A model generated the notes under the pieces. The model was given only the letters and a program-made list of their open reading frames with translations, was not told where the DNA came from and made no database searches. Made by a program: the position numbers and the translations under genes. This document shows, piece by piece, positions 20,041-30,166 of a DNA stretch of 64,000 nt. The stretch is taken from positions 124,001 through 188,000 of the IMG/VR virus record IMGVR_UViG_3300046703_000335; one strand, written 5' to 3'. Numbering within the stretch: position 1 is the first letter of the stretch; the number at the start of each line of letters is the position of its first letter.

Positions 20041-21103
20041 TTACTTTTTCCTTCATCTCAGGTCTGATAATCCGGGTGCTTAACTTTTTGTACACCCGTT
20101 CTTTAGTCTCAGCATCTTCTTTACCTGCCATGTATGCCCGGTTCTCTGATCTAATTTTATTTTGTTCTAATATCTTATTAAGTTCTTGAGAAGATATTGG
20201 TTTAGAAGGTTCTAGTAAATCCAAATCTGACTCCGTTATCTTCTTACGGAAAGCTTGCTGTTTATCTATAACACTCTGCTTAACTGCCTCAGCTCTCCCC
20301 TTTTGATCTTCTATCCATTGATCTATGTATAAATCATGCTTGTCCTTTTTACCATCCATTTGGCGATAAAGCTCTTTCACCAAATCCTCACGAGATACTA
20401 ATGGAGCTGTCCAAGTCTCCCTCTTTTTCTCATTTTCCTCTACTCTTTTTCTATCATGCCCATATTTAAGTATTTCATCTCTAAGCTCTTTACGTTCCTC
20501 AACATGCTTTTCATAGTTCTTAGAAAGCATCTTTGCGCTTTTATAATTCGAAGCACCAACGATGAGAAGAGTGTTATTTAAGTTACTTCCATATTCCTCT
20601 TCCTCATCTAATCTTTTATTAATACTAATCCAATTCTCAATCACACTATTAATCCCTATAAGATCTATTCCTCCCATACCAACAAAGGAAGACCTGTTAT
20701 ATGGATCTAACACAGACCAAAGATATCTCGATCGGGGGGAATAGCTAAACCCCTCAAGAAAATTTATGGAATCAGTATAAGTTTGATTCAGCTCATTAAT
20801 TGCTTCAACTATTCGAAGCATAAACAAAGCTGAGGAATTCTTATATAGCTCTACTATCTTAGAGATATTCTCATTTCTTTTTTCTAATAAGCTAATTCCA
20901 TCTATTGATACCGTACAAAAAGCTAAACTAAGAAAATTAAACTTCTCTCTATCTTTATTAGAACAGAGCATCTGCATATGCTGATATTCTCTATCTGATA
21001 TATTTTTTATTAATAGATCATGACCATTATATGAAATTCTAACAGATAAAAATCCAAAAGTTATTATCCGCTCTATATTTTCATAGGCATCTTTAACTTT
21101 CAT
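20033..21103 (-). CDS. Tail assembly chaperone-like protein
   Basis: Lies between tube and tape measure genes. Shares an 'AFCTVSIDG / SYALISIDG' motif with the upstream ORF. Confidence 0.6.
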   Translation of the reverse strand: MKVKDAYENIERIITFGFLSVRISYNGHDLLIKNISDREYQHMQMLCSNKDREKFNFLSLAFCTVSIDGISLLEKRNENISKIVELYKNSSALFMLRIVEAINELNQTYTDSINFLEGFSYSPRSRYLWSVLDPYNRSSFVGMGGIDLIGINSVIENWISINKRLDEEEEYGSNLNNTLLIVGASNYKSAKMLSKNYEKHVEERKELRDEILKYGHDRKRVEENEKKRETWTAPLVSREDLVKELYRQMDGKKDKHDLYIDQWIEDQKGRAEAVKQSVIDKQQAFRKKITESDLDLLEPSKPISSQELNKILEQNKIRSENRAYMAGKEDAETKERVYKKLSTRIIRPEMKEKVNG

Positions 21104-21104
21104 G

Positions 21105-21686
21105 TCAATCTACCTGACTTAAATCATCTTCTTTTTCTTCTATCTTTTTAAAGACTATTGGTGCATCTTCGGATATAGATTCTTCCTGAGATTCAAATAC
21201 TTCAGGTTCTTTATTCTCAGTTTTTTTATTCTTCTCTTCTTTCTCCATCTTTTCTCTTTCTTCTTTTCTCTGCTCCGGAGTCTTATACCACTGGAACTCT
21301 ACCTCAGTATTAAGACGAGTGTCTGTTTCATCTTTAAAATCGATATAAACTTCAAAAAGCTTTTCTACAATCTTAGGAGGAAGCTTTTTTAAAATCTCTC
21401 TGATATATATAGCTTTTTCTTTTGTTGTAACTTTATCCCCTTCTGTTATTTCTACAATAGGGGGAAAACTTTCACCGTCAATACTAATAAGAGCATATGA
21501 TAATACTTTTGCTCTTGTCTTCTCATAATAGGATATAGGATCATCCCCTTCATCAGGATATGCATTTATCATTTGATCCTGTTCGTAGTTAAGAAGAGCA
21601 ATTTCAAATGAAATACCACTAATAACAGCCTTTTTCTTGAAAGTAAGTTTTTCTTCCAAAGATTTTATGACATCAGATAATGACAT
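21105..21686 (-). CDS. Tail assembly chaperone
   Basis: Immediately downstream of the tail tube. LSYALISIDG...LKKLPPKIVEKLFEVY is chaperone-like, with an acidic tail and AAGGAG RBS. Confidence 0.65.
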   Translation of the reverse strand: MSLSDVIKSLEEKLTFKKKAVISGISFEIALLNYEQDQMINAYPDEGDDPISYYEKTRAKVLSYALISIDGESFPPIVEITEGDKVTTKEKAIYIREILKKLPPKIVEKLFEVYIDFKDETDTRLNTEVEFQWYKTPEQRKEEREKMEKEEKNKKTENKEPEVFESQEESISEDAPIVFKKIEEKEDDLSQVD

Positions 21687-21856
21687 GAGTATCTCCTTAT
21701 GTGGGATATATTTTTATATACAAATAGGTAGAATAATACAAGGTCTGTACAAAAAGAGGGATATAGATATAAAGATATTATTTTATATATGAAAAAATGT
21801 GATATATATTATTTTATTTAAATGTAAAGTAAGTCTCCCTCTTGGAGACCTGACCT

Positions 21857-22567
21857 TTAAGAAAGTGCTATTCCACCACTAGGCTTACCTGTAGTTTGAG
21901 CTCCTACAAATGAGTTGTGCTCCGGATTTGCAATTCTTGATACTGCATTCATATTGAAATAATCACCAAGTTCAATATAATCATTACTGGTACTTGCAAC
22001 AATGTCAGTCACATTAACTGTAACATTCTCTTGTACAAGTGCCGCATCTGCTGCATAAGAAATACCATAATCAGAGATCCAACAGCCTTCATAGTACGTT
22101 AGGATAGCATCTAACTCACCATTAAGCCCTTTGGCTGTGATACCCGGAGCGCCATTACCTCCAGTGATAACTGCTGGAAGACGGCTTATAACCACTTCCT
22201 GAACAATATCAAAGGGCCATTTGTGGTGACGAAGAGATCTCACAATACCATCGACACCACCCTTATATCCGAATACCTGAAAAATCATTGACAGATATTG
22301 GGCGGTACGTGTGATACCAAGAGTCATAGGCTCTGTAGCACCAGGAACCAACTCAGCAATATGGTCACCAAAACCTATACCACGAACAGGTTCGATGGTA
22401 CGGGATTCAGCCGGGTCAAATGTAGCAAGGACTCCGATCTGAAAAGCCGTACTCTGGTCACCATCAGCTGGGATAGCATAAATTTTATTTTTAGAACTTA
22501 TGACCGAAGCGGTTTCGGGAGTAACACCTAACCGATGGACATAAGTATCTCTATCTCTAGCTGCCAT
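21857..22567 (-). CDS. Tail tube protein
   Basis: Tube motifs IGVLATFDPAESRTIEPVRGIG...ELVPG, PFDI, YEGCWISDYG...VQENVTVNVTDI. Downstream of the sheath. Confidence 0.85.
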   Translation of the reverse strand: MAARDRDTYVHRLGVTPETASVISSKNKIYAIPADGDQSTAFQIGVLATFDPAESRTIEPVRGIGFGDHIAELVPGATEPMTLGITRTAQYLSMIFQVFGYKGGVDGIVRSLRHHKWPFDIVQEVVISRLPAVITGGNGAPGITAKGLNGELDAILTYYEGCWISDYGISYAADAALVQENVTVNVTDIVASTSNDYIELGDYFNMNAVSRIANPEHNSFVGAQTTGKPSGGIALS

Positions 22568-22590
22568 AATTTATTTCTCCTTATAGTTAA

Positions 22591-23553
22591 TTACGAAAAG
22601 AGTCTGCTAAGTTTTGCAGCTTCACCTGCATCAAGCTCAACTTCATCCAGGGATGACATAAGTTCGATACCTTCAATAACAGAAGATGCAGCATCTTTCT
22701 CTTCTTTTTCAGCCTTTTCAGCTTTATCTTCTTCCTCTTTAGCCTCTTCCAATTTCTCTTCGGCTTTCTTAAGATCGTCCTGAGCTTGTTCAACCAACTT
22801 TTCGGCTTCTTCCTCTTTCTTTTCAGCTATCTGCTCAATTTTTTCTTCAGCCTCATCAGAAGCGCTTTTTTCTTTTTTCTTAGTTTTCTTAGCCTTCTGA
22901 TCTTTCTCTAAAGTTTTAAGAAGCTCTTTATTTTTCTTTTCTTCTCTCGTCTTAGCAATGTCAGCCCCGGTAGCAGCTTCTTTCTTAACTGCTCCATGAG
23001 ACTTCTCTACCATACCTGAATTAATGGATTTCTCAATGTCAGGAGCCTGTTCCTTCTTAAGAGTAGGAGCTAAAGTAGGCTTATGTGTACCATCAGGAAT
23101 TTGCTCTTTGTCGAGATGTCTTCCTGTGTCACAGCAGACACTCTTATTCATACCAACAACATCACGTAGTAAATTATCGACAACTGCTTTAGATGCTTGT
23201 TTACACCAAAACATCCCAGCTGTTTTTTCTGAAGCTTCTACAGACATGGGCATCTCCCCTTCTTTTTTGATTATAATGACTTTTGGTTTTTCATCACTAC
23301 CAGGAAGATCCAAAGGCTCATTCACTGGAACACCAGTTGGTATTATACCCTGTAAAGGCCCTGGGCCTTTATCACACATGCATGCATCAAACTCTTCAGA
23401 TTCAAAGTCCCCAGAAAGAATACCTGTGAACTTATCATCAGCCATCTTATTCAAGACATAAGACATTGCCTTAAGATCACGATTATACGGCGTGTGACTG
23501 GCAAAGACGCTTGATAAGCTCTCCAATCTTTTTGCTAATGCTATACGATCCAT
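22591..23553 (-). CDS. Charged scaffold-like/internal virion protein
   Basis: 320 aa, K/E-rich coiled coil. N-terminal helix MDRIALAKRLESLS and several K-x-A sites (KTA, KQA, KEA, KSA, KDA). Confidence 0.55.
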   Translation of the reverse strand: MDRIALAKRLESLSSVFASHTPYNRDLKAMSYVLNKMADDKFTGILSGDFESEEFDACMCDKGPGPLQGIIPTGVPVNEPLDLPGSDEKPKVIIIKKEGEMPMSVEASEKTAGMFWCKQASKAVVDNLLRDVVGMNKSVCCDTGRHLDKEQIPDGTHKPTLAPTLKKEQAPDIEKSINSGMVEKSHGAVKKEAATGADIAKTREEKKNKELLKTLEKDQKAKKTKKKEKSASDEAEEKIEQIAEKKEEEAEKLVEQAQDDLKKAEEKLEEAKEEEDKAEKAEKEEKDAASSVIEGIELMSSLDEVELDAGEAAKLSRLFS

Positions 23554-23598
23554 AATATAAATCTCCTTATAATAGTTGTTTTCTACTGTTGTTCTTAA

Positions 23599-26532
23599 TT
23601 AAAGGCTCTGTCTCAGATTCAAAGTCACTACAATCCAATTCAAAGGAAATACTGGGCTGTAATATGCCTCTACATCAAGAGTACTAGGATCTTGTTGATT
23701 CTGAGTTACGTTAATACCCGTAAAATCAACAATGAGCTCTTTTTGCTTCAGTGACTTAAAATATGACCCGACAGAATCTCTGACCTGAGACTGCATCTTT
23801 GGAAGATTCTTGGAACCAATGAATCTATCAAGAGATCTTCTAATACCCTGCTGAACAAAGTGCTTAACTTCTACTATTCTAGGATCTCTCGTTAAAGCTG
23901 TTGAAGTATCAGATGTCAGATAGAAAAGAATCTTTATAACAGGAGCCTGTTCTTCAAGAACTGTACATCCAGCATTGGCAACAAGAGCTGCATTAACGCT
24001 ATCCAATCTCCGATATAGTCTCTTAAATCCAACAATTGTAGAATTGGTTAAAGGAGTTGCTATATCAGAAACTTGAGATACATCTCGTCCAGCAACAGCA
24101 GCAGCTATTATTGAACCATCAACGACATATTCCACTTCATTTCCATACGCATCCACGATACCTATAATCGCTCCATCAGGATAAATAGGAGTGAGTTTTT
24201 CAGTTTTAAGATTCTGGACCATTTGAATAACCTGGTCCGATGTCGTACCTACTGAAAAACCAAAGATACTCGTTCTCTCATTCTTATACCGTATACTTGA
24301 CTGTATAGCATTTGAAGTCTTAAGATAACTGATAACTTCTGAATTAGTTGTCAAAGGTTGCATCAATGAAGGTCTCAAACCATTAGGTAAAGGTTCATTG
24401 AAAGCATCAATACCTGAGATGTAATCTGCAACAGAAGCATCCGTACCATTAGCACTACGTTTAATCTGCTTCAAGGCCACTGCCTGAGCACCATTTAAAA
24501 ATGCTAAGTTAGCAGCTACAGTCAGTTTATTATTAATGTCCATAGGGCCATAATACTTTGTAACATCTCTCATGTTAGTCAAGAATCGTGTTGTATAATC
24601 TGTTTTTACCTTATCAAAGGAAACATAATACAAATCACCAACTGCTGGCTCATTACCAGATTTTACATAAGTATCAATGATCACAGTGTCATCAGTATTA
24701 TCAGGTGTTCCACCGCTTGTTGTAGGAACTGCTAAATTGACACCAGGGATTACTCTAACATTACTTACTGAAGCAGTAATGTAAAGTTTTTGTGTGGCAT
24801 CTGACACGGTAGGATCACCTATATCATATCTTACTAAAGTACCCGCACCAGGATTAAAAGTTCCGGTATCACCAGAGAAAGTAATACGTAATCCTGTTGT
24901 AGGATCAACATATGTCTTACCACAATAACCAATATTTTGATTATATGTAGTAACTGAACCAGTTCTTCCAGGAAGTGTGAATCCTGTACCAAGAAGTGAA
25001 GTAACTGTAAAAGCACCCGCACCATCAAAAGTAAATATTACACGTTCAACTGACCCTTTAAGAGGATCAATTTGAAAATTAGGGGTACCTGAACCAGAGT
25101 AAATTGGAGTAACTGTCCCACTGATATATTTAACTTCAAGTGCAGTACCACTTACTCTTGACGTTATAGTATACTTACCAATACCTGCACCACCAGGTAC
25201 TTTATTGGTCATTGTCCACTTATCATCCAGAAGGAGATTTTCGAAGTATGTTACGAAAACTATTTCTTCAGTAGGTTGATCAGGAGACACCGTAAATGTA
25301 ATCATATTGCCAGATATTTTTGAAACGGTTTTTGGTCCAGCTGTATAAGCTGCTGCCCAGTCAGTTCCAATATAAGCAATAATGTTTGCGGGATCTTCTG
25401 TCCATACACCTAAACCTGATCCATCAACTGGCATCGTAGGAAGTGCAAAAGATTTATTACCTGCAAGATTGATCTGCTCTCCATTAGTATTAACTTGGAT
25501 AACCCCACCTACTGTATAAGGACTTGCTGGAGAAGCAACTCTTCCATATACACGTGTATCGGTAAGTGATACTGATACATTATTTATAAGAGGTACGGAT
25601 CCTGCGGTAAACAAACCTTGAGCAGCATTGAAGGAATTTCCCCAATGAATTCTATTATTACCTGCAAGCACACAATCATCACCAATTGAGAAGTCATTAG
25701 TATCTTGACTTAAACCAACCTTAACCAGTTGCTCAACAATTGATGCTGGAAGAATATCATATGTATCCTGCCAGGTATTTGTGAAGTAGGTAACAGTTAA
25801 AACTGATGAGACTGCAGGAGTATTTTGAAGTACAAACATTGCATCTGAACCATTAAGATGCGTAACCGGTACTTCTACACCGTTTACCTTAACTTGAAAT
25901 ACTCTTACCTGACGTTCATACTCATCACCGATGATTAATGGGTCGGGGTTAAATAAGATAGTAGTCGTACCATTGATGTCGGAATCAACTGCTGATCTTC
26001 CACCATTATCACCCTTTACAATACGATCACTTTTTACTTTGAAACTATTAGTAATACCATCTACTTGGACAGAAATGTCCTCATTTTCAATAAAGGTATC
26101 ACGACGTTTGAAGTAGTAATTAGCTCTTACTTCATCACCCACTGCTGGGATCTGAACAAGAGTAACTTCACCAGTAAGACCATTTACAGAGTTAACTGCA
26201 ACATTAAATCCGTTAATTGAAACTATAACACTTCCAGGAGTAGTGGCTACTTTACCGCTACCATCACCAGTTACGATTGGTTTATTCTCGACTACAAATG
26301 TATTCTCCATACCCGTGAATTGAGTACTGACATCTTCGTCAAGTATAAGATTATCAGAAATTGCTGATGAACCTCTTACCATTTCAAAGTTGCCAATACG
26401 AACAGTTTCAGCGGACACGCCCACAAAGGCTGGTATACGTATATCACCAGCTGCAGTAGTTCCAGCAGCTTCAGTGTTAGTTCTAGCGTATACACCTGGA
26501 AATACGAAACTTTCTAAAGGTCCTATTGCCAT
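23599..26532 (-). CDS. Contractile tail sheath protein
   Basis: N-terminal FPGVYART, internal LAFLNGAQAV, C-terminal sheath domain (DRFIGSK...DPSTLDVEAYYSPVFPLNWIVVTLNL). 977 aa with large inserted domains. Confidence 0.92.
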   Translation of the reverse strand: MAIGPLESFVFPGVYARTNTEAAGTTAAGDIRIPAFVGVSAETVRIGNFEMVRGSSAISDNLILDEDVSTQFTGMENTFVVENKPIVTGDGSGKVATTPGSVIVSINGFNVAVNSVNGLTGEVTLVQIPAVGDEVRANYYFKRRDTFIENEDISVQVDGITNSFKVKSDRIVKGDNGGRSAVDSDINGTTTILFNPDPLIIGDEYERQVRVFQVKVNGVEVPVTHLNGSDAMFVLQNTPAVSSVLTVTYFTNTWQDTYDILPASIVEQLVKVGLSQDTNDFSIGDDCVLAGNNRIHWGNSFNAAQGLFTAGSVPLINNVSVSLTDTRVYGRVASPASPYTVGGVIQVNTNGEQINLAGNKSFALPTMPVDGSGLGVWTEDPANIIAYIGTDWAAAYTAGPKTVSKISGNMITFTVSPDQPTEEIVFVTYFENLLLDDKWTMTNKVPGGAGIGKYTITSRVSGTALEVKYISGTVTPIYSGSGTPNFQIDPLKGSVERVIFTFDGAGAFTVTSLLGTGFTLPGRTGSVTTYNQNIGYCGKTYVDPTTGLRITFSGDTGTFNPGAGTLVRYDIGDPTVSDATQKLYITASVSNVRVIPGVNLAVPTTSGGTPDNTDDTVIIDTYVKSGNEPAVGDLYYVSFDKVKTDYTTRFLTNMRDVTKYYGPMDINNKLTVAANLAFLNGAQAVALKQIKRSANGTDASVADYISGIDAFNEPLPNGLRPSLMQPLTTNSEVISYLKTSNAIQSSIRYKNERTSIFGFSVGTTSDQVIQMVQNLKTEKLTPIYPDGAIIGIVDAYGNEVEYVVDGSIIAAAVAGRDVSQVSDIATPLTNSTIVGFKRLYRRLDSVNAALVANAGCTVLEEQAPVIKILFYLTSDTSTALTRDPRIVEVKHFVQQGIRRSLDRFIGSKNLPKMQSQVRDSVGSYFKSLKQKELIVDFTGINVTQNQQDPSTLDVEAYYSPVFPLNWIVVTLNLRQSL

Positions 26533-26631
26533 GTGTCGTTCTCCTTTTTATACCGTAAATATTTTTTCATTGATCTTATTTATATTTTTAAAATTCTTTA
26601 TATAAGATTTATTCATATTATTTAATGTGTA

Positions 26632-26647
26632 TATTAGAAGAGTATTA
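26632..26647 (-). promoter_or_regulatory. TAATA-N6-TAATA motif (putative late promoter) upstream of sheath
   Basis: Minus strand TAATACTCTTCTAATA. Confidence 0.5.
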
Positions 26648-26671
26648 CCAACGACACCAGGACCTGCAATA

Positions 26672-27151
26672 TCAACCTTCTGTAATTGCTCCAGATGATT
26701 CAAACTGTGGTATACCCTTTTTTACTCTATCTGATCTATGCTCCTGTAATGCTTCTGAATATTCTTTTCTTAACGTTCGTTCCTTATTATCTCCCAAGTG
26801 CATTATCGGACTATACTTACCATCCTGATCCTTGGGGATATTAACCTGCTCAGGAGTCTTACCCTTCCATCTCTTCTGCTGCCTAGCCTCATACCGGCTC
26901 TTCCATCTCTCATCGTAACCTTCCCATCTCTTTTCAGATACTTTACCTACGACTTTGTCAATCTCTTTACGAGTAACTATCGTATCTGTTTTAGGATTTA
27001 AGTCACTATGCACCCCGAATAAAGAAGCCACTTTTCGTTCTGAAACCGTCCCACATCTTTTACAGGATTGCTCCGCATCCCTATCTTTATATGGCACTAA
27101 TTCTTCAAACTCATGACCACAGCCCACACACTTAAATTCATACAACGGCAT
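26672..27151 (-). CDS. FmdB-family zinc-ribbon protein
   Basis: MPLYEFKCVGCGHEFEEL...CKRCG zinc-ribbon signature. Confidence 0.8.
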   Translation of the reverse strand: MPLYEFKCVGCGHEFEELVPYKDRDAEQSCKRCGTVSERKVASLFGVHSDLNPKTDTIVTRKEIDKVVGKVSEKRWEGYDERWKSRYEARQQKRWKGKTPEQVNIPKDQDGKYSPIMHLGDNKERTLRKEYSEALQEHRSDRVKKGIPQFESSGAITEG

Positions 27152-27196
27152 AAATACTCCTATCTTATGTTATATATGATCTATTAATAGAATTCG

Positions 27197-27212
27197 TATT
27201 AATAGATTATCA
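27197..27212 (-). promoter_or_regulatory. Putative late promoter motif
   Basis: Minus strand TGATAATCTATTAATA, upstream of the 27151 start. Confidence 0.55.
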
Positions 27213-27247
27213 CCACTTAATGGGGTATATCATACACACCATGGATA

Positions 27248-28681
27248 CTAAAAATATCTAGGATAACCAATTTTGGGATAGGATACCTCAAAGATTGTGC
27301 TACTGGGCTTTAGCATCAATTCAAGTATTCTTCCCTGATTTGTTACGATATAACTCTTATTAGTTACATATCTGTAAATTTTAGTATCAAAATCTACAAT
27401 CTCAGTCAGGAATGGAATAAACTTTTTCCATTCTGTCATAATCTGAATATTTATACCATGCCTATAGTATAAATCACCTGTATTCTCATCATATGGTTCC
27501 TCTGTTTCACCCGTTGCATCCATCTCTTCAATAGTCAAACCTTCATCTATTAATAATAAACGGCGGTTTCCCCATATATCTTCTATTAGATGATCTGTAA
27601 GATTTGCCAGCTGCTGCGGGTCACGTGCCACTACATCAATATCAAAATTCATTTTATAGTGCCCACTATTCATATTTGCAGCAGCTTCCCGCTGAGGATA
27701 TACAATAACGACTACTTTATCTCCCACAGTTATTTCATTACTAAAAGAGAGAATCACCCCAGGAAGAGCCTCATTCACATAATGAAATTCACTGGGTATA
27801 TTAAAAGGACCCATAGTGCTGCCTACCCAGCGATAATTTGCATATAGGGTTGTATTAGCATCAAGAGGCTGTAAAAAAGTTATAAGACCATTTTGATCAA
27901 TTGTATAGTCGATACCTTTTTCGAGATATAACTTAGTACTAACATCCATTTTTTTAGTGTAAAGCATATCAAAGTCACCATATAAATTTCCATTTAATAA
28001 CTGTGCTGTAGGCTCCATACCTGTGGTTCTATCTATAACTTTTTCATTTTTAACAACATAAAATGGATCAATCACAAATTGCGTAGGAGATATTATCTCA
28101 ATGTAATACCTTCCCGGAGGAGTTAAATTACTATAATAATAAGACACTAAAAGCTGACTACCTAATACTGGGGCCATAGGCAAAGAAAACACACCACTGA
28201 CACCATCTAAGAATTCTGGAAGTACTGATTGACCATCTAATAGAACCGAGATCTGCCGGAAATTATCAGCTACTAGCGTATTATTATACCCCGATAATAC
28301 TGGCTTTCTTGGGATCTTAAAAAATCTATTAGTCCCTATAGATATTGTACCGGTTATTTGAGATGATAAATCTTCATCTTTTTGATATTTTGTCAAGTTA
28401 TTAAAATCTTCCCAAACCCATGCTAAAAACTTTCCTTCAAAATTCTCTGCGTGAGCCATCATGACATGACTCTTCAATACCCCCGCGTGGTCATCAGCAG
28501 AGAGCTTTATCCTTGATGATGAAGCATTCTTAAGTACGATCGCCATCATGGGTCTTTCTTTGTACGGGAATTTATGAAAAACCTCGACAGGAACTGATCT
28601 GAACACTTGATGTCTTTGTATAGAACCAGTAAGCTCATCCATGACCCGAGATTTAACAACTCTTAATAAATTATTTTCCAT
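27248..28681 (-). CDS. Tail terminator/neck protein
   Basis: Upstream of the sheath. Terminator-like C-terminus (FDIDVVARDPQQ...TGETEEPYDENTGDLYY) with inserted Ig-like modules (KGIDYTIDQNGLITF). Confidence 0.55.
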   Translation of the reverse strand: MENNLLRVVKSRVMDELTGSIQRHQVFRSVPVEVFHKFPYKERPMMAIVLKNASSSRIKLSADDHAGVLKSHVMMAHAENFEGKFLAWVWEDFNNLTKYQKDEDLSSQITGTISIGTNRFFKIPRKPVLSGYNNTLVADNFRQISVLLDGQSVLPEFLDGVSGVFSLPMAPVLGSQLLVSYYYSNLTPPGRYYIEIISPTQFVIDPFYVVKNEKVIDRTTGMEPTAQLLNGNLYGDFDMLYTKKMDVSTKLYLEKGIDYTIDQNGLITFLQPLDANTTLYANYRWVGSTMGPFNIPSEFHYVNEALPGVILSFSNEITVGDKVVVIVYPQREAAANMNSGHYKMNFDIDVVARDPQQLANLTDHLIEDIWGNRRLLLIDEGLTIEEMDATGETEEPYDENTGDLYYRHGINIQIMTEWKKFIPFLTEIVDFDTKIYRYVTNKSYIVTNQGRILELMLKPSSTIFEVSYPKIGYPRYF

Positions 28682-28685
28682 GCCA

Positions 28686-30044
28686 TCACCTATTCTTAAT
28701 GTCTATTATATCCAAATAAAGTTTTGATAATATATTGGGTAGTTCCGTATTTTGATTATAGCCTATTCGTATCAATGGTATTTTGTTTTCTTCACAAAAC
28801 TTATTTTTAAGATTATCCCGATATTGCGACTTCTTGAAATTGGCGAGTGCTCTCTCCATAGATATGCCATTGAAACGGACTGGTCGGTAATGCTGTTCAC
28901 CATCATACTCAATTAATGTGTTTATTTCTGGGAGATAGAAATCAAACTGAAGCGGTTTTTTATCAACTTTTAATTCATTAAGCTTATACTGCTGAACAAA
29001 ACTTATACTATTTTCAGTAAACCATTTTTTTATTGCAAGTTCCCCATAAGATATATGGCAATTTGGGCACCTCTGCCCATCTATGTGATTATTTGGTTTC
29101 TGCCAGAATTCACCATGCTCTCTACATATAATGCATACTTTAGTCCTCGAGTTATAATATTCAACTTTTGAATAATCGTAAATATCCCCATGTATTTCCT
29201 TAAATTTATTAATACATTCAGATAAAGTATATGAAGCATACCCACATCTTTGACAACCATGCCCTTGTAAAAAAACATGTGCATTCTGATTAAACTCACC
29301 ATGAATATTACAAGTTACTATGACATCTGTAAGTGCATTTATATATCTTGTTTTATCATAGTTGTATTTATCTTTTCCGTATACTTTTATGGCCTTTTTA
29401 ATAAATTTTTCCTGAGTCAGAGTACGTTTCTCACCAACTCTATCATACCCGCATTTAGGGCATCCACAACCACTTAAATGGTCGTTTGGGGTCTGATAGA
29501 ATTTATTATGCTTGGGACATATTATTAATAATTTAGAATGAGCATCAATGTACACAGATTTAGAATAATTGTACTTACTACCGTGAATAGAATTAGCTTT
29601 ATCTACAAATTCAGATAGGGTCTGTAGTTTTAGCTTTTTTAATAACTTATTAGCGCACTTTTTACAAATCCTACCCTTAAGATGTCCGTTAGGAGTCTGT
29701 AGGAAATCTCCATGTTCTGGGCAAGTTATTAGGACTTTAGAACCAATACCTGCATAGACAACTTTAGAATAATCATATCTATTACCATGAACTTTAATCG
29801 CTTTTTCAACAAATTTATCTGTGGTGCAAGTATTAGACTTAGACCTGGACAAATTACCACATGTCGGGCACCCTTTTCCGGATATGTGACTTGAGGGCTT
29901 TTGACTAAAGATTCCATGTTCTGAGCATCTCATATCTATTTTTGTGCGCCAATCTTTATATTCAGATATGGAATAGTCATATCTGCTTCCATGCGTAGCC
30001 GTAGCTTTATTAATAAATAATTGCGTTTGTTCTGATCTTTCCAT
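28686..30044 (-). CDS. Free-standing homing-type endonuclease (about five Zn-binding repeats plus Vsr/DUF559-like PD-(D/E)xK nuclease)
   Basis: Repeats of KA.KVHG..YDYSK..Y....KV.I.C.EHG.F.Q.P..H..G..C..C. C-terminal FDFYLPEINTLIEYDGEQHY...RDNLKNKFC. Confidence 0.85.
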   Translation of the reverse strand: MERSEQTQLFINKATATHGSRYDYSISEYKDWRTKIDMRCSEHGIFSQKPSSHISGKGCPTCGNLSRSKSNTCTTDKFVEKAIKVHGNRYDYSKVVYAGIGSKVLITCPEHGDFLQTPNGHLKGRICKKCANKLLKKLKLQTLSEFVDKANSIHGSKYNYSKSVYIDAHSKLLIICPKHNKFYQTPNDHLSGCGCPKCGYDRVGEKRTLTQEKFIKKAIKVYGKDKYNYDKTRYINALTDVIVTCNIHGEFNQNAHVFLQGHGCQRCGYASYTLSECINKFKEIHGDIYDYSKVEYYNSRTKVCIICREHGEFWQKPNNHIDGQRCPNCHISYGELAIKKWFTENSISFVQQYKLNELKVDKKPLQFDFYLPEINTLIEYDGEQHYRPVRFNGISMERALANFKKSQYRDNLKNKFCEENKIPLIRIGYNQNTELPNILSKLYLDIIDIKNR

Positions 30045-30069
30045 AAGATATCCTCGACTATAATAAATC

Positions 30070-30085
30070 TATTAAGGGATTATTA
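30070..30085 (-). promoter_or_regulatory. Putative late promoter motif
   Basis: Minus strand TAATAATCCCTTAATA, immediately after a terminator. Confidence 0.6.
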
Positions 30086-30116
30086 AAAAAGGCTGAGAGA
30101 AGTTATTCTCCCAGCC
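30085..30116 (-). terminator. Rho-independent terminator after actin-like gene
   Basis: Minus strand GGCTGGGAGAA-taac-TTCTCTCAGCC followed by T6. Confidence 0.75.
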
Positions 30117-30166
30117 CCTTGCAGAAAGCTGTTCTTTCGCAAACAGCTAATTGATCAATATCTTAC

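Noticed and set aside
20033-21686. Programmed frameshift joining the tail chaperones
   Set aside because: No convincing in-frame XXXYYYZ slippery site seen near the first stop, and the second ORF has its own ATG 1 nt later.
9122-26532. Tailocin or eCIS rather than a phage
   Set aside because: Capsid, scaffold, decoration and neck genes are present in the same region.
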